A stretch of 17,168 nucleotides of DNA, taken from Sulfolobaceae archaeon (GTDB lineage Archaea; Thermoproteota; Thermoprotei_A; Sulfolobales; Sulfolobaceae). Under the pieces are notes generated by a model, which was not told the DNA's origin, did no database searches, and saw only the letters and a program-made list of their open reading frames with translations. The stretch is taken from NCBI GenBank assembly GCA_038893355.1, contig JAWARQ010000012.1, positions 1 to 17,168 of the forward strand, read 5' to 3'. How positions within the stretch are numbered: the stretch's first letter is position 1; the number at the start of each line of letters is the position of its first letter. Shown here piece by piece: positions 16,621 through 17,168 of the stretch. A program made the position numbers and the translations under genes.

Positions 16621-17168
16621 GATAGTGTTGTCATTAAGCTACAAATTCTGGGATTAACATTCTCTCCCATAAGACTAAAGCTATAGAATACTTCATCACC
16701 TCCAAACTCCTATTGACAGCCTTCGTGAACCTCTTGAACCTAACAAGCCTATCCCTCAACAAGGCCTCATTAGGGTTAACAAACTTGACCAAAGTATGGT
16801 CCCTCAAGGAAAAGTATAAATTATAATCATCACTAACCCACCCTCTGGGGAATATTGCAAAACTTCCTTGAAAGCCCCTTATTCCTATAAACAACAGAAA
16901 ATAAAGACCAAGGGGAGTATAAACATAGTAAGTAAAGACTAACTGTAAAATGCCTTAACATTCCTAAACAAGTAAGCCCAAAACCTCATCAAAAACCTTA
17001 CCCTTAACCAAATCCTTAGCCTTCCTTAATGAGCTCCTCGTGCTTCTGCCTACCATAGCGTTTAATCCAAGTGAAAACAGTACCCAAAGGTAAGTTAAGT
17101 ACCCTAGAAATTGCCCTCATACTCATACCATCAGAATACATCCTTAAAGCTTCTTCCCTCAACTTCCT
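16621..17168 (-). mobile_element. IS1-family element (ISC1173-like) with decayed transposase; continues beyond the window
   Basis: Terminus GATAGTGTTGTCATTAAG is similar to the IS1-type GGTAGTG end. Minus-strand fragments in different frames: EALRMYSDGMSMRAISRVLNLPLGTVFTWIKR (HTH), KGKVFDE, WVSDDYNLYF and NPNE..LRDRLVRFKRFTKAVNRS. Frameshifts and stops lie around 16900-17030. Confidence 0.85.

Overview
AT-rich archaeal DNA with leaderless TATA/BRE promoters and Sulfolobales-type IS remnants, most likely from a Sulfolobales thermoacidophile (inference). Positions 1-14750 form a coherent catabolic island: two MFS transporters, two Zn-dependent dehydrogenases, a UbiD-family decarboxylase, a Rieske ring-hydroxylating oxygenase alpha/beta pair, a Bat-type HTH regulator and, divergently, an acyl-CoA ligase, a crotonase-fold enzyme and a xanthine-oxidase-family molybdoenzyme large subunit. 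From recalled sequence, the last two closely resemble bacterial HmfE and HmfA of the furoate (Trudgill) pathway. This suggests an archaeal furan/heteroaromatic-acid degradation system that I do not know to be characterised. The expected partners (Mo-enzyme FAD and FeS subunits, UbiX, oxygenase ferredoxin/reductase, aldehyde dehydrogenase, ring-cleavage enzyme) are not in the window. The right end holds an IS200/IS605 right-end (omegaRNA-like) remnant overlapping the 3' end of vapC, a vapBC operon with a palindromic operator, a pseudogenised IS607 tnpA and a decayed IS1-family element inserted into it. All homology statements come from motif reading and memory, not database searches.
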